Origin: Eledone cirrhosa
Lineage: Eukaryota
DNA length: 64,000 bases
Assembly: GCA_964016885.1 (NCBI GenBank)
Contig: OZ024747.1
Coordinates: 620,001-684,000 of the forward strand
Direction: 5' to 3'
Of this stretch, positions 1 through 14,800 are shown piece after piece. A program made the position numbers and the translations under genes. How positions within the stretch are numbered: the stretch's first letter is position 1; every line of letters starts with the position of its first letter. The notes under the pieces are model-generated. The model was not told where the DNA came from. It was given only the letters and a program-made list of their open reading frames with translations, and did no database searches.

Positions 1-471
1 TTCTCTGGATTAGAAAAAGTTTATTCCCTGCTTCTCTTATTACCAACTATCACATACAAAGACTATTTTCTCTTTGCCTGGCAGCTATCCCACTATACTC
101 ATATATTTCATCATATAATCTCCCTAGCTATTCCATTTCTACATATCAATCAGTCGCTTGTTTTGTGTCTAAATATCTAAGATAGAGCTTTAGCTGCTAT
201 TCATCAACTAGGCCTGCTTAACTGTTAATGTCCTGTACTGTATGAAATTGCATTAACATAGACACTCTTGAACTATAAAACTGCATCACAATAAAAGTTA
301 AGGTCCATACAAATTTTCACAATAATTTGTCCACTAGTGAAGAGGCTACAAACATTTTAATTAACAAATCTGGCTGATTGGCAAGAATTTGGTCATCCAC
401 ACATTTCAATCTCTGGCCAACAGATGAACTATGCCTCTTCTACTATGCCTCTTCTACTGTTATTATCTATA

Positions 472-625
472 ATGGTTTCTGATTTAGGTTTAAAGCCAAC
501 AATTTTGAGGGAGGGGCAAGTCAATTAAATCAACACAAGTGCAGTATTGGTACTTCATTTAATCGACCCATAAGGATGAAAGGCAAAGTTAACCTCGGTG
601 GGATTTGAACTCAGAACATAAAGGA
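472..625 (-). mobile_element. tRNA-derived SINE family A, partial
   Basis: Reverse complement of GTTCTGAGTTCAAATCC...AACTTTGCCTTTCATCCTT..GGTCGA..AGTACCA, shared with ~10 copies in the window. Confidence 0.7.
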
Positions 626-1179
626 TGAAACAATATGTCTACAGTTTACATTGATGATATATACATGAGGAATCTTCAGTCTAGTTGAGTATGTGACAAC
701 CTCTCTAATGTTAGTGCTGCAATAAAATGCACCCAGTACACCCTACAATTGGTCAAAAGTGGTACAGCTATACCACTGACATAATCAAAACCAAACAAAA
801 AGCAGTGGAGGTCAACAGGATTGAGAAGACAATGGATTGGATTGGATATATATATATATGTGTGTATAAATAAATATATATATGTATGTATATCAGATGA
901 CACTGATAAACAGACGAAACTCCAGAGTAACAAGACTCATTAATTAGCCTTAATAAAATGAATATACATATATATAAATGTGCATATATATATAAATGTG
1001 CATATATAATATATATATATATATATGTGAGCGTGTGTGTATGCATATACACTCATATGTATAAACTATAAATAGATTATCTGACATATACCACAATACT
1101 ATCATTTATGTGTGGGGAACTCTTTTTATAGTTAATTTTCTTAATGAGTGGTAATAATTTTTATTTTAATGTTATGAAT

Positions 1180-1342
1180 GAACAACGGTGGCGCACTAAT
1201 AATCAGGGACAGATAACTCTGACGAGTCATGAACAGATAAATCAGTCAACATCCGGTATTAGAAACAGGTCGCCATTTTGTCGTCTTTTAACACTGAAAG
1301 ATGGAAGTAGCAGTATAGTCGTTTGTTTCTTTTATCTTCTCA
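1180..1342 (+). promoter_or_regulatory. Putative promoter/5'UTR with YY1-type CGCCATTTT motif (1271-1279)
   Basis: Locally CpG-richer stretch immediately upstream of the ATG; motif match only. Confidence 0.4.
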
Positions 1343-1732
1343 ATGTTTGGTAATTGGCAACAACTCGGGCTGGGGGCCGTCCCCCCACCCTTTTTCGCGC
1401 AACCTAACATGATGTACCCACTTTATCCTGGTGCACAGGAAGCCACGGCGACCAGCGGTCAATCTCATCAATGGAATACAGGAGGCCAACTTCCCCCCAT
1501 GGTCTTCCCGTCTTTGAATCCACTGTCAGTCGTAGCTTCAACTGCTTCTGCTTTAGAACAGCAAACCAACAGCGCTGCTATCGGAAGCGTTAGTAACATT
1601 TTAGCATCTGGTGGATGTCCTCCAGTTCCTCCGCTACCTTCTAATCCAGCCCCACCTAAACCCCCAGCTCCTCCAACTGAAGAAAAGCCCCCACTACCAC
1701 CAGATCCACCACCTCCAGATGAAGATTCCAAG
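1343..1732 (+). CDS. YLPM1: YLPM1 exon 1 (Pro-rich N-terminus)
   Basis: ATG at 1343; donor AAG|GTTGGT; phase 0. Confidence 0.85.
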
Positions 1733-1899
1733 GTTGGTTAACTTATATTATTTATATTTATTAAACGCTTTTTCCTGTCTCTGTGTTTTCATTTTTTCAA
1801 AAATTCCATTTCAGTTGTGGGATTTAATTTTTACATCGTATGTGAAAATTTGTAAAAAAAAAAAACAAAAACAAAAAAAAAAATGAAATAATCAGAATG

Positions 1900-1939
<40 letters not shown>

Positions 1940-1956
1940 ATATATATATATATATA

Positions 1957-2027
<71 letters not shown>

Positions 2028-2846
2028 CCCGTGTTCAATCGGGGGTAACCACAGTAAGTAAGGTACTCAATACATAGCAGAGTATAAATATTTAATATAG
2101 GAATGGCTTCTACAGGACTAGAACTGTTTCATTCGAAGGAAATCATCGGGAAAGCCAGGGGTTTTCCCGATGATTTCCTTCGAATGAAACAGTTCTAGTC
2201 CTGTAGAAGCCATTCCTATATTAAATATTTATATATATGTATGGTCGAATGATGTTTATAATTTCATATATGTTTTATTTTATTTCCCATCTTTACATAT
2301 TTTCTGTAAAAATACAATAAAGCTTTTTTTCACATGAAAACCTATGAAACTATAAACTTCCATAAATACATATCTACTAAAATACTATATCTAAATTATA
2401 TATATATAGACACAGGCAGTTGTGTGTAGATTGTCTTCTATATTTTGATATAACTAGAGTGTCTGGGTGGGGTGATCAGTTCTTTGTGTTTATTGTAGGA
2501 TTTTACTTTTTATATTCTTCAGCAGCCGGAGAAAAATATATGCTTTCTTTTAAACTGTTAAACTGTTAAAAATTGTGGTTGGCGACTGCTTTATAGTTTT
2601 CTATTGCTTGCCTGACTGCACCAGAAAATTAAGCTCGGAACTATAATTTTTATTTAATTTTCATTCACACAAAAATAATTGTTATAATTTCACCATTGTT
2701 AATAGTGACAGTAAATCTATCTTCGTATTATATAATATATATATATATATATGCTTACTTTTATTTTCACTCCTTTATTATATATCATGATGAATATATT
2801 AAAAAAGAAAATATATATTTTTTTTAAAGAACATAAACTCAACTAG

Positions 2847-2899
<53 letters not shown>

Positions 2900-5800
2900 A
2901 GAGAGATCCCGAGTAAAATTGAATGTAGCCACAGTTAAAAAGGGTACTCAATACAATAGTAGAGCGTAAGCATTATTCCTGGTGAAAGAAACAGTTCTAG
3001 TACTGTACTGTTTTCGTATTTGAAAACGAATTACTTTTATATATATATAATTTAGGTACACCTCACCACCACAATTTTTCAACATCTCTTATTCTAGATT
3101 CATTTCAGTCACGCTTTCATTTTGTTTTATTGTTGCTCTTTCTTCCACTCAGTTCTTATTCCAGCTCTGTCTTCTGTATTTCTCAATCCCTTTCTTTCGT
3201 CTCATCTGATTCTTTCTCCTCACACTACACCCCCCCTCTTTTCATCCGTAATGTCATTTCTCCATCTACCTATCAATCTCTCTCCATCCATCCACCCATT
3301 TCTCCATCTATCTATCTCTCTTCACCCATCTCTATCTATCTATCAATCTCTCTCCATTCATCCACCCATTTCTCTATCTATCTATCTATCTTTCTCTCTA
3401 TATCTCAATTCATTTGTCTCGCTTATTTCTATTTCAACTATATACTTCTCTATCACTCTCTCCTACTTTCTATTTCTTTCTCTTCCCCCCCCCCCTCTAT
3501 GTCCTACTTTCAATTTCTCCCCCCTCTCTCTCTTCCATTCTATTTCACGAGCGCGTTTCTCTCACCTCAACCAATATTTTATAAAAAAGTTGGTTTTTCT
3601 TCATTTCTTAAATAATTGTTTCTACTATTGGCACAAGGCCAGCAATTACTTAGTACATTACTGGTACTTTATTTTTTAAATAATATTAGAAATATATATT
3701 TATGCCATAATACGATTGAAATAAAGGATATTTTATACTTTATAACCGTGTATGTTACGAGGCTAGAAATTTCCGAGTTCATTAATTTGAATCGACTTTT
3801 GTATTAATTAATTATTTCTCATGATTTCGTTATGTCAGAAAGACAGGTTCTATTAGATAAATACACTTAAATAAAATAAAATAAATTTCTTACAATAATC
3901 AATGTTTGAAGATTTTCGTTGTTGGAAATCAAGTGATAGCATAAATCTAAATGTCAAACATTGAATATTGTTGAAGTTTTATGAAGGCAGATGGCTGTAC
4001 ATCTTCCTGATCTATGGTGAGAAGCGTTCCAGCTTTGACCATCCTATCTTTTCTTTCCTGGCAACATTGTAACATCTAGTACTACATTTTCTTATGTGTC
4101 ATTCCTTCCTATCTTTTAACATAGTAAAATATGATGTAGCTGCTATTTCTAGCAGTTCGTGTGTTTTGTCTACACACCACCCTCGGCAGGTTCGGAACTT
4201 ATGATTACTATCTTTTGAGTTTCTAATTCTTGATGCTGATCTCCGGCATTGATAATCAGCTAGTCAGTTTAAAGACATTCCAGCAATGACCATCATGTCA
4301 TTTTCTCAGGTATCGTATATTTAGGACTGCACTATACAATGTGTCCTTAGCTTTTCAAAAAGGGAAGGAAGATATTTTGAATGTAATTTAGCTGCTATTT
4401 CTAGCCGGTGCACCGATCACACAGCTGCTTCTCCTGAGTCACTTTTGTGTCCGCCAGGCGAAGGGAGTTAGTTGAATGACCATAACAAACTGACTAACGT
4501 TCCCTTGAAATTCAAATTTAAAAAGTGTCTTGTGTGTAGATTAGTTTTGTTACAATTCGGAAAACAAAACAAAAACATTAGTTGAACTTTTCCAACGATG
4601 TCATCAAATGTGTTCTATATACTTTCTATTCCTGTTGTTCATGTTGTGTTCCTTGGAACTTTCCTGAACTAACAGCAATTCAAGAACATCTCTCATATCA
4701 AGGGAAGAGAGACTCCTTGTAAACTCGCTAGCTCTCTTGATCTCACAAAAGATCTTGTCATTTATATGGTAGAATTTGAGAATCCCCTGACTTCCAATTT
4801 CCAACATTAAACCGTTTTTAATATCAACATGCCCTAGGAAGCTCGTAATGTATTGTTTGTATTTAACATTTTCATTAATATGTCTCTAACATATACAGTA
4901 TTTTAATGAATTATTGAAGAATTTAGAGGGATTTACTAAAACTATTATATCGTTATTGAGATGGTATTTATAAATTAACAAAAGACTTTTATTCTTCACC
5001 CAATTATTCGTGGGAGGGTCATAGGGGCAGAATCCTCGCTTTCCAGCAGGTTCTGTCAGCAGCAAATGACCACCAAGCAAAGCCAGCCGAATTCATGGAT
5101 GTTATCCAACCATCTTGCTCTGGGTCTTGTGTCTGTTGATTTTGCCATTAAAATCTGTCCAAAAGATGCTTAGATAAAATTATGTTGGAAAATTTAAGCA
5201 GGAATCCTTTAATATGGTAGTTGTGTTTGACAAAACCAGGCAGGTTTGATCCAGCCTGCTTATTATTAACACTGCATGTTACAGCCACTAATAACTGTTG
5301 GTAATAAGGGTGTAAAAACCAACCACAACAGACCTTTGTAACTGACCATACTCTCTTCTGAAACCCATGAAAATATTATTTGTAACTACATCATGATAAT
5401 CATCATCATCATTTTTACGTCCGCTTTTCCCTGCTTGCAAGGGTGGGATGGGAACTGATTCTGGCTTGATTTCTACAGCTGGATGCCCTTCCTAACACCA
5501 ACCTCATTTACAGTGAGTGCTGGCTGCTTTTTTGCCATGGCACCTTCACAGTGGAATGATAGGGACCCCAGTTCCTATCATCTCATTTCTACAGCTGAGT
5601 AAACTGGAGCAATGTGAAATAAAGTGTCTTGCTCAAGGAAACAACACATCACCCGGTCTGAGAATTGAACTCACAACCTTTCGATTGCAAGGCCAATGCT
5701 CTAACCACTAAGCCATGTGCCTTCTACATATTTTTATTTTATTCAAGACTCTATAAGTACATGTTTTAACTACAAATTTCTCATTATGAAAGCATAAACT

Positions 5801-8800
5801 TCTACACCAACTATCAACTTGTTCTTGGATGTTCTCAAAGAAATTAGGAACCTACTTACTCTTGCGCATACAAAAGTAAAAAAAAAACGAAAGAAAGAAA
5901 ATGTAGAGAAAAGAAGTGATACATCAAGATGACTAGAAAACACATCAACAAAAAAGAAAATTGATCTGAGAATATCAACCTTCTCATAAATGTATAGTTT
6001 TGTCTTTCCCAAAAGTAAAGTTCAACTGTTCAATAACTGGTTGGAGAAGCAGATACAAAATAAACTCAGACATATTGATGTCTTGTTTAAATTAACAGGA
6101 CATTTCAACAAATATTGTTCAAGCAGTGTAACATCATCAACCACAGAAACAACAACAGCTCATCTTCACATTCCAGCTGTTTACATCTGAAACAGTAAAA
6201 AACCAACATTTTTACTGAATGCACAAGGCATCAGCCCTTTCATCAATGCTCAAAAATGGAAGATCCAATTCATGGAGGATTGGATTGCTGACTATCTACA
6301 TAATATTCCTTCCTTCATCTTGACAACTCCCACTTGGAAGCTGAAGTGAGGGTGGGGAATTTTACAAACATCTGCATGGATCTTGTTGGTGGAAGAAAGG
6401 GAAGAACTTGTCATTTTCTTTCATGATTCTTTTACAGCAGACACAGATGAAATTCTCCATTGGCTACTGTGAATCAGTTTCTGTGCACAATAAAGCTACT
6501 GATTTAACAGTATTTGGGCTCTATAGACCACCCCAAACACTCTTACTCTGCTTTAAAGAATGCCTCAACAATATAGTCTTTTATACAGTTGTGCCATTCT
6601 GGTAACATACTAATCATGAGTGACTTGACTTCAACTACCTCTGTGTTGATTGGTCTACAAACAGCTTGAATCCAGGTACTTCTACCTCAACCACTTGCAA
6701 AGCAGCAGTAGTCACTTCTCGACTTTATGGATGAGTTTCTGTCACAACTTGTGCTTGAGCCAACAAGATATCAGAAAAACATTTTGGACTTATTATTTAG
6801 TAACCACACTATCTACAATATTAAGTGGAGAAAAGTCTTCTCTTAGACCATGTCAATCTGAGATTTCACCAGCCAAAAGTTTAACCCACTGACCTTACCA
6901 GCCCACCCATTTGATAACATGGATTTTCATAATGCAATCACCCATGATCTTTCACACACACACATGCACACCTCCACCAACATCAAAAAATCTTGGCAGA
7001 TATTTTAGACACTGTTACAGTATATGTGCAAAACATACTCCATGAAGATCTGTGAACAAAACCAAGTGCAGAATGCTTAGAAATAGAATTATTAGAAAAG
7101 TAAAAAGATTTTAATGAAAATATCTACAAACTGAAATATTGTCTACAGCAACACACCTATTCAACTGCTATTGCACTTCTTGAATAAATAAAAAAAAAAC
7201 AAGAAGAAACACAACCTTTGAAACAGCATGATGACTATCATTAATAACCAAAGAACAACTGAGGAGAAATGGGCCATTGAGTAAATCAAACACAGTCCCA
7301 AAGTGTTCTTTTCATTTGGCAAAAAACACAAGGTCGCTGTTTCCACTGTTAGCTCTATGAAAATAATACTCTCCATGGGTGAGATACTGCAGAAATAATA
7401 CTGCTCTGTTTTCAGCAATCATGATATGGCTGATCTGAGCTGTATCAAGTGATGTTAATCCCCAATATACTATATATGATATATTATTTGGTGCTCCTGA
7501 TATTTTAGTGTCAATAAACAAAATTGAACAATTCAGCAGTAGGCTTTGATAGGTTCCCTGTTAGTATCCTGAAGGTGTGTTGATATCTACTTGCATCTCC
7601 TCTAATCTCTGGAGGAACCCACTGGATACAGGCTATATCCCTGAACATTTTCTATCCCAGTTTTCAAAAAGGGAAACAAATCCCTTCCAGTGAGTTACCA
7701 TCTTATCTCACTTCCCCCTCATAAAGGCATTTGAGAGGGTGTTGGGATCCTGAATAACCCACCCACTTGAAAACAATCTGCTCAACTCCAACCAGCATGG
7801 GCTCCATGATGGTAGGGACTGCCAAATCCAGCTTCTGCATCACTTTGATGACATACTGAAAGCTTTGAGAGATTTCAGAAAGGCTTTTGACAGGATTGAT
7901 CACATCATTCTGTTGAAGAAACCATCTAACATTGAAGTCTGGAAAGCTATTGCAGTGGATTGGTTCCTGACAAACAGATCCGATATTGTTTTGGTTGAAG
8001 GAATATGAACAAGCTCAGCCAAAGACAGTAGTGGTGTCCTACAAGGCATTGTGTTGGGTCCACCTGTCTTCATTATTTATATCAATGATATTATTGACAT
8101 CATCGAGCACAGCAACATAGGAATCTTCACAGATCATTCCAAGCTCCAGAAGGTCATCAATGGAGTGGGAGATTGGACATACCTTCAATTGGATCTTGCT
8201 GTTATCCAATGGGCGAAAAAACAAAACAATTTGCTACTAATTGAAGATAGATTTGAACTAATCTACTTTGGAAAAGAGAATGCACTAAAGTGACCATATT
8301 CTCTTCTCTCAGGTAAAATCCTCATGGCATTCAACAACACTAGATGCTCTTGGTGTAATTGTTGGTAACAATTTAAGCTGAGTCACTCACATAAACAACT
8401 TAGTTGATATGGCCTGCAGGATGTGCTCCTGGATCTTTAGAACTTTCCTCTTGAGACATTTTTACTCTATCACCTTCTCTTCTCTACCTTTGCCTGACCC
8501 CACCTTGAATAACAATCTGAAGCTAGTTATAGAGGTACAGAGGTAGAATAATGTTGTCATAAATTAATGGATATATGTTTGATCAGGATTGCAGAAAATA
8601 TGGATAGTGGATAGAAGAAAATTCTTGTAATTGATTTAAATGAATGTAAAATACAATGAAACAAGTGACAGATGGGAAGTTGAGGAATGAAGCATCTTTA
8701 TACAGAATATTGTAGTTGTAAAGATAGGGATTAATGAAGGTCAGCAACAATTTGGGAGGATTAATAGTGGGACAGGGTAACAGGGTTTAGAGTGTATGAG

Positions 8801-11800
8801 AGAGAGAGGTATATATATATATCTTGTAAGATGAGTAGGTGGAAAAGAGAGAGAATGGGAGATAGCTGTATATCTTGGAGAGAGAAGGAGTTGACATATA
8901 AGCTGAGGGAGAGGAACATGGAGTGAAAGTATTCAATTGCTTGAGTGAGTGGATGAATTGAGAAAGATATTGACATATCATTGGGTGGTTTTGTTTCATA
9001 GAACCAGAGCTGGTTTTGTCCAAGTTGATATCAATATGCAGTCTAGTACTGGGGTCAATTTTTCTTCTATATCTCTTTCTCAATTCCTACTCTTCTCTGG
9101 AAGAAATCTACTGTGTTCAGACCTGGAGAAGAGATGGGCTCCACCAGGTTTTAAAATGCCCAAGAAAGGCTGTATGCCACTATAGCACCCCTACAACTCT
9201 ATCAGGAGTTATAGGAATAAAAAAAAAATTCAAATGAGCAGTTTTATATCATAAATCGAAAGTTGTTTGGGATCAAAAAGATTTAAGTTTTTTAATAACA
9301 TTGTTGCAAGGTCTCAAATTAAGTGGGGGATACTGTTGATTAGATCACCGTCATTAACAAGATCAGTACTTATTCCTATTGACCTCATAAGAGTGAAAGA
9401 TAGTCAACACCTGTATATTATTAGCGAGAAATGTCTTTTTTCAAAATGCCATTTCATGTAATGATGAGAGGCTTAAATTAAATATTGTATGTTTATATTT
9501 CTGCAGCAAAAACTGACTGCTAAAAACCCAGAAGAGGAACGAAGAATGGAGAAACTAAAGCAACAAGCTGCCCAGTGGCAGCAACAGAAAAAGCAGATTG
9601 ATGATGCAGCAGCACAGCAGCAATTACAGTTTCAACTCCAGCAGCAGCAACAGTTTCACCAGATGTGGTTGGCAGCTGCACAATATATGACACCACCAAC
9701 AGCCGCTGACCACTTGATGGCTGCACTACCTCCGTCCCATCCTCCGCTCCCTCCAGTCACTGTACCCACTCTCCCACAGCATACAAAACCACCTTCTGTA
9801 CCGAGTGTGACTCCCAGATCAACAGCTCAGTCAAACATACCTGTGTCGGCAACAGTTCAATCAAACACACCTGCAGCAGCAGCAGCAGCAGCAGCATCAG
9901 CAGCATCTATAATAGCAGCAGCAACAATAACAGCAGGGTCAGTACCTAACACAGCAGCTATTGAAAAGACCATACCTAAACCTTCTCCAGTTTGGAACAA
10001 ACCTTCTAACACTCCAAAAGGTAAAGGTAGTTATCTTTTCAATTATTTCTTTGCATATTATTAGAAAACCTTTCAACTCTTAGAACATAATAATCCTTTG
10101 TCTGTTAAACTATTATTCTAGACATCAACTTTCAAAAACAATTATTGACTGTTTTAGTTCTTAATATAAATACAGGGGCACAACAACCTCTCTAATGTTG
10201 CTGACATGATAAAATGCACCCAATACACTCTGTAAATTTGTTGATGATAGGAATAGCATCTAGCCATAGAAAACTTGCCAAACAAAGGTTAGAGAGGAGT
10301 CAAATACATCATGGTGAATTGTTTAGTGCTGGTAGCATGATGCATGGCACACTCTGTAGAGTGTGAAAATGTATCTAAGCAAGATAAGGTCTTGACCCAT
10401 TTGAGAGATCAGTGGCACTGATTAAATATTGACTTGCTCTGTAATGTTCTGCCCAACTCTTGCTAGCAGGGTAAATGATGGTGATTAAACAAACCAAGAA
10501 ACTCTGTAGCAATATGGGATCATTAGTTAAGAAAAAAAAACTCTACATGTATTGAGTACTCCTGCCACCTATTTGTACATTGAAACGCACACACACCTAT
10601 GATGATTATATAACTGTGTTTGCAAAATGTAAGGTTTATAGAATTATAAAGATCAAACGATTTCATGTAATCCTTATGTAGAGTTGGTCATAAAACCTTT
10701 AGTTCCCGCTATGTATTTCTGTTTAGGCTACATATAACAAACATACCAGTCTCTACACACTTATCATACAATAATGTATTGTGGACTGCTAGGTTTTGTA
10801 CTTCAAAGTAAACAAAAACTATATATATATATATATAGGACAACTTATACAAAATCACTGACAGGGTAGATCCCTGCAATGTAATCTTAAACAAGAAAAC
10901 TTCACCAGCATCTTACCCTGGGGGTAGAATCTTAATTAAGTAACCTAAGACTAGAAGGCTTCACCGAGTTCTGCAGTTTCCAGGACCAAGCAACAGGACT
11001 GACCATTCCAATAGTTATGTATATTGGGGACACACTTATGTATGACATACACACACACACACATGTATACGCATTGGTATTTGCTAAAGGAGGGAAGAGA
11101 GCATTATGGGGCTCATGATAAGCTTCTTCATGAAGTCCTTTTCAAAACAGTACTTTATTGCCGGATGCCTTTTGGCGTAATTAGAGCTCTTTGTTATATT
11201 TAACTCTGCTTCCTTATTTAGTCTGTGAACCCCATGTTTCTATGAAGAAACACAATAATCTACACATATACCGATCATCAGCAAGTATAGCAATACAGAC
11301 TGGCATTATCACAAGTTACAACCAAAATATATTAAGATTAGTCAAAATGTAGTAAAAACTCAAAATATTTTCTTCATATAAAATTATTCTATTCCACTGT
11401 CCCTGGTATATTCTTTTCATCGTTGGGCGAAATTCTTCCTCTCTGTTTTTCACTAATGTCTTCTAAATTGCTCAGGAAGTGACCTAAATATCTGAGGAGG
11501 ACACTTTTAACACTTAGAAGATTACATTTTAATTTCTAAGAGTTAAAAAAGAAAAGTAACTTATTCACCAAATCTTCATTTGTTGTTAAAGTTTATCACA
11601 ACTTGTGTGTATGCTACTCACATATTTTTTCTCAACATGTTTATATAAACTCTTAAATAGCTTATCTTTTATTAGCCTTCAATTTTTCTTCATTTAAAGC
11701 TGGAAATTTTCCACATAGATATTTGAAAGAGTCTCCACCTTATACAAAGCATTAACAAATTGTTTCATCAACGCCAATTTGATATTTGTGCAATATATTT

Positions 11801-14800
11801 TCTGGTTTTACGAGGAGGATGTTCATGTAGTTTCCAGCATAGAAATCTCTTCTTTTTTAGCCTGTCTTGTAGACAGAGAGAGGGGAGAGAGAGATAATCT
11901 ATCTAGTGTACAAATCACTTTCAAGTCTTCAGCAATCATCCAATTATGTTTGATATATTTGAGTTTTTTTAGAACCACTTTCATGGATTCATAAACTTCT
12001 TTTGTATGTTCTAAGTGGCCATTCAGTAGAGAAGCAGACATATTTCCATTAAATCAACAAAACACAATAAGCTCACCTTTGAATTGTAAATGAAAGAATT
12101 GCCATACCTCTCATTCATTGCATTTAACAAGCCATTAACATCATGACACTAAAGTAAGTCATCTATATTGTTGAATTGAAACGGATTTTTTTTCTTTAAG
12201 TTGATAAAACCTGAATGTTGTTCCTGTAGGCTGGATCCTAATAATTCTACTGAGGTCAGCCAGCAGGTTATTCTGGTCCAACTGTATCCTAATAATTCTA
12301 CTGAGTTCTGTGGAAGATCTAAATTATACACTGTTGTTTTATTGAGACTGCATTGAATGGTTTAAGTGTCCTTGTTTTAGTAGGTTATATATAAGTTTCT
12401 TCAGTGATTCCCTCAGAAGTACAGCTCTCAGGTACATCAGGAAGGTGGTTGTGTAAAGAAAAATAACAGGTCCATTCATATTGCCATCTCTATGAAAACT
12501 GTTGATGCTGGTGTTTTGTGTATGATATACTTTTCTGAAAGGGGGGGGGGGGATGTTTTGTATATAGAGCTGTACGTGTGCGTATACATGTGTTGTGTGT
12601 TTATATGTCCGTATAAAGCTAAGAGGATGTGTGTATATGTAAGTAAAAGAATGTGTGTGTATATAAGGGTGTGTACAGAGGTGTGTGTGTTTTCTGTTGG
12701 TCTGTGTATGTATGTATGTATGTATATATATATATATATATTTATTTAATTTCACTTCACAGATTATGCAGGTGGTACCTCATTCAAAACAGATTCCAGC
12801 TTTAACGTGGAAGAACAGTTTAGGGCAGTTGTGAAAGAAGAGGAGGAGTTTGAGCGTCAGTACAATGACTGGAAGAAACAGTATGATGAATGGCGGATTC
12901 AAAACAAAGGTAGCTTAGCTTATATTTTCCTTTTCCTTCCCTTTTAAGGCCTCTAATTGTATCTTTTCATTATCTGAACCAAATTACTTTGTTGGTAGAG
13001 AAGAACTTACAAGAGGTTTGAGTATGCAAAGGCATTAGCACAATTTGATAGATTTATTTTTTATAGCTTAATCAGTAAAACAATGATAACTCCCATGACG
13101 TTTGCATGGCCTCCTAGACTGCTGTAGGGAAAGAGAAAAAGAAATTACTTCATGGTTTGTTGCAGTAAGAAGCTATGCATCAAGATATCAAAACAAAGAC
13201 TAAATTCTAATGCATGCAACAGTTAAAACCCTGCTAAAGGCATGTAAAGACCAGCCAGTGGTGTTAAACTGTACAGTAAATTAGGTATACTATTCACATT
13301 GCTGGACTCTTCGGTTGTGTCAAAGACATGACAACCTACCTAGTGTTGGTGATTTGGTTGTGTCAAAGATATGACAACCTACTTAGTGTTGGTGATTTGG
13401 TTGTGTCAAAGACATGACAACCTACCTTGATTTCTAAGTGCCATAGAAATTCCCAATCCTACAATCAGTGACTTATCAGGACAGTGTGCAACAACAATGC
13501 AAGTAGGAACCATCAACCATTTGTCTAGTACTCCACCTCTTTGACTCAGTTGTGAGTCTTAGGTATTTGAAACAAAATCTGATAACAAGCTAAACATTGT
13601 GGGCGACTGGACATTTGAAGGGCAGATGGGCACTGGCAAATTCATTGAAATACCATGATGGACACACTGGGATGTGTCTGATCTTTGACAGCATGGTGAC
13701 AACTCTGAACATGTTTTGGTCTTATTAAACTTCATCAGTGAAGCATAATTCAACTGTTAATGCCAAATCAAATTAGGGTGTTAGTGATTACCTGTAAAAT
13801 ATAGTTATCGGTTCTGGGATTTTCGGAAAATCCTAATGGTTCTGCAATTGTTGAGGAGTATATAGTCGATTACATCACACTCTCTCCCCAATACTTAATC
13901 AACTTTAGAAGTAGAGTTAGAATTTAACAAAACAAAGTGCCATAATGAAATACCATCAGCTTTTTTTCCAATGCATTTTTTATTTTATATTTACCAATTT
14001 AAAAAAAAAAACACTTAATTTTTCTGCAGATCACCCGGATCGACAACAGTTCAAGCAGTATGAAAACCAATTCCTTGAAATCGAGGCAAAAATGGACATA
14101 AAGAGAAGAGACATCCAGAATCGGAAGCGCCAGATTGAAGTTAGCAGAAACAGTTCAAATTTCCAGAATACTCAGCATAGATTTGACACTTCTTACACTA
14201 GGAACAGAGACACCCAGTATCCCAAGACTAACCAACATTTTCTGACTGGAAATGGAAGTGCCAGTGGAGTTGGAGGTAGAGTTGGTGGAACTGCTGGGGC
14301 TGGTAGTGGTGGTGGTGTTGGAACAGCCGGAGGAGGTGTGTGGTCTGGTGGTGGAGGAGGAGGGCGTGTTGGGATTTTAGGAGTAGGAGGAGGTGGCAGT
14401 AGTGGTGCTGGTATTCCAGGGTTTGTAAGAGGGAGTGGTGCTGGGATTTTAGGAAGTGGAGGAGGAGCTCCGGGGATTTTAGGCAGTGGAGGGGCAGGAG
14501 GTGGTGGTGGTGGTGGTTGGGGACGAGGGGTTGGGATTTTAGGTGGAGGAGGAGGAACACCTTGGACAGGGCGGGGAGGACTTAGTGGTGTAGGTGGCAA
14601 TACTGGGGTTGGACGAGGAGTAGGTGCTACCGGGGTGGGGCAAGGAGTAGGTACTGGGGTAGCAGTAGGAGGTGGAAATACTGGGATAGGGAGAGGCATA
14701 GGTGCTGGAGTGGGAGGTGGTACAGGAGTAGGGAGAGGAGGAATTGATGGATCAAAGGGGGGAGCAGGTAATGATAGAGTGAAAGGAGGAGTAGGCAGTG

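Noticed and set aside
3122-3679. Hydrophobic 161-185 aa ORFs
   Set aside because: CT/CTAT low-complexity sequence
5640-5725. tRNA gene
   Set aside because: It has A/B boxes but no acceptor stem and runs into a SINE body, so it is a SINE head
12380-12450. Second functional hammerhead motif
   Set aside because: The core is mutated (CTGATGT) and stem II is not convincing; noted only as a relative of the 46412 motif
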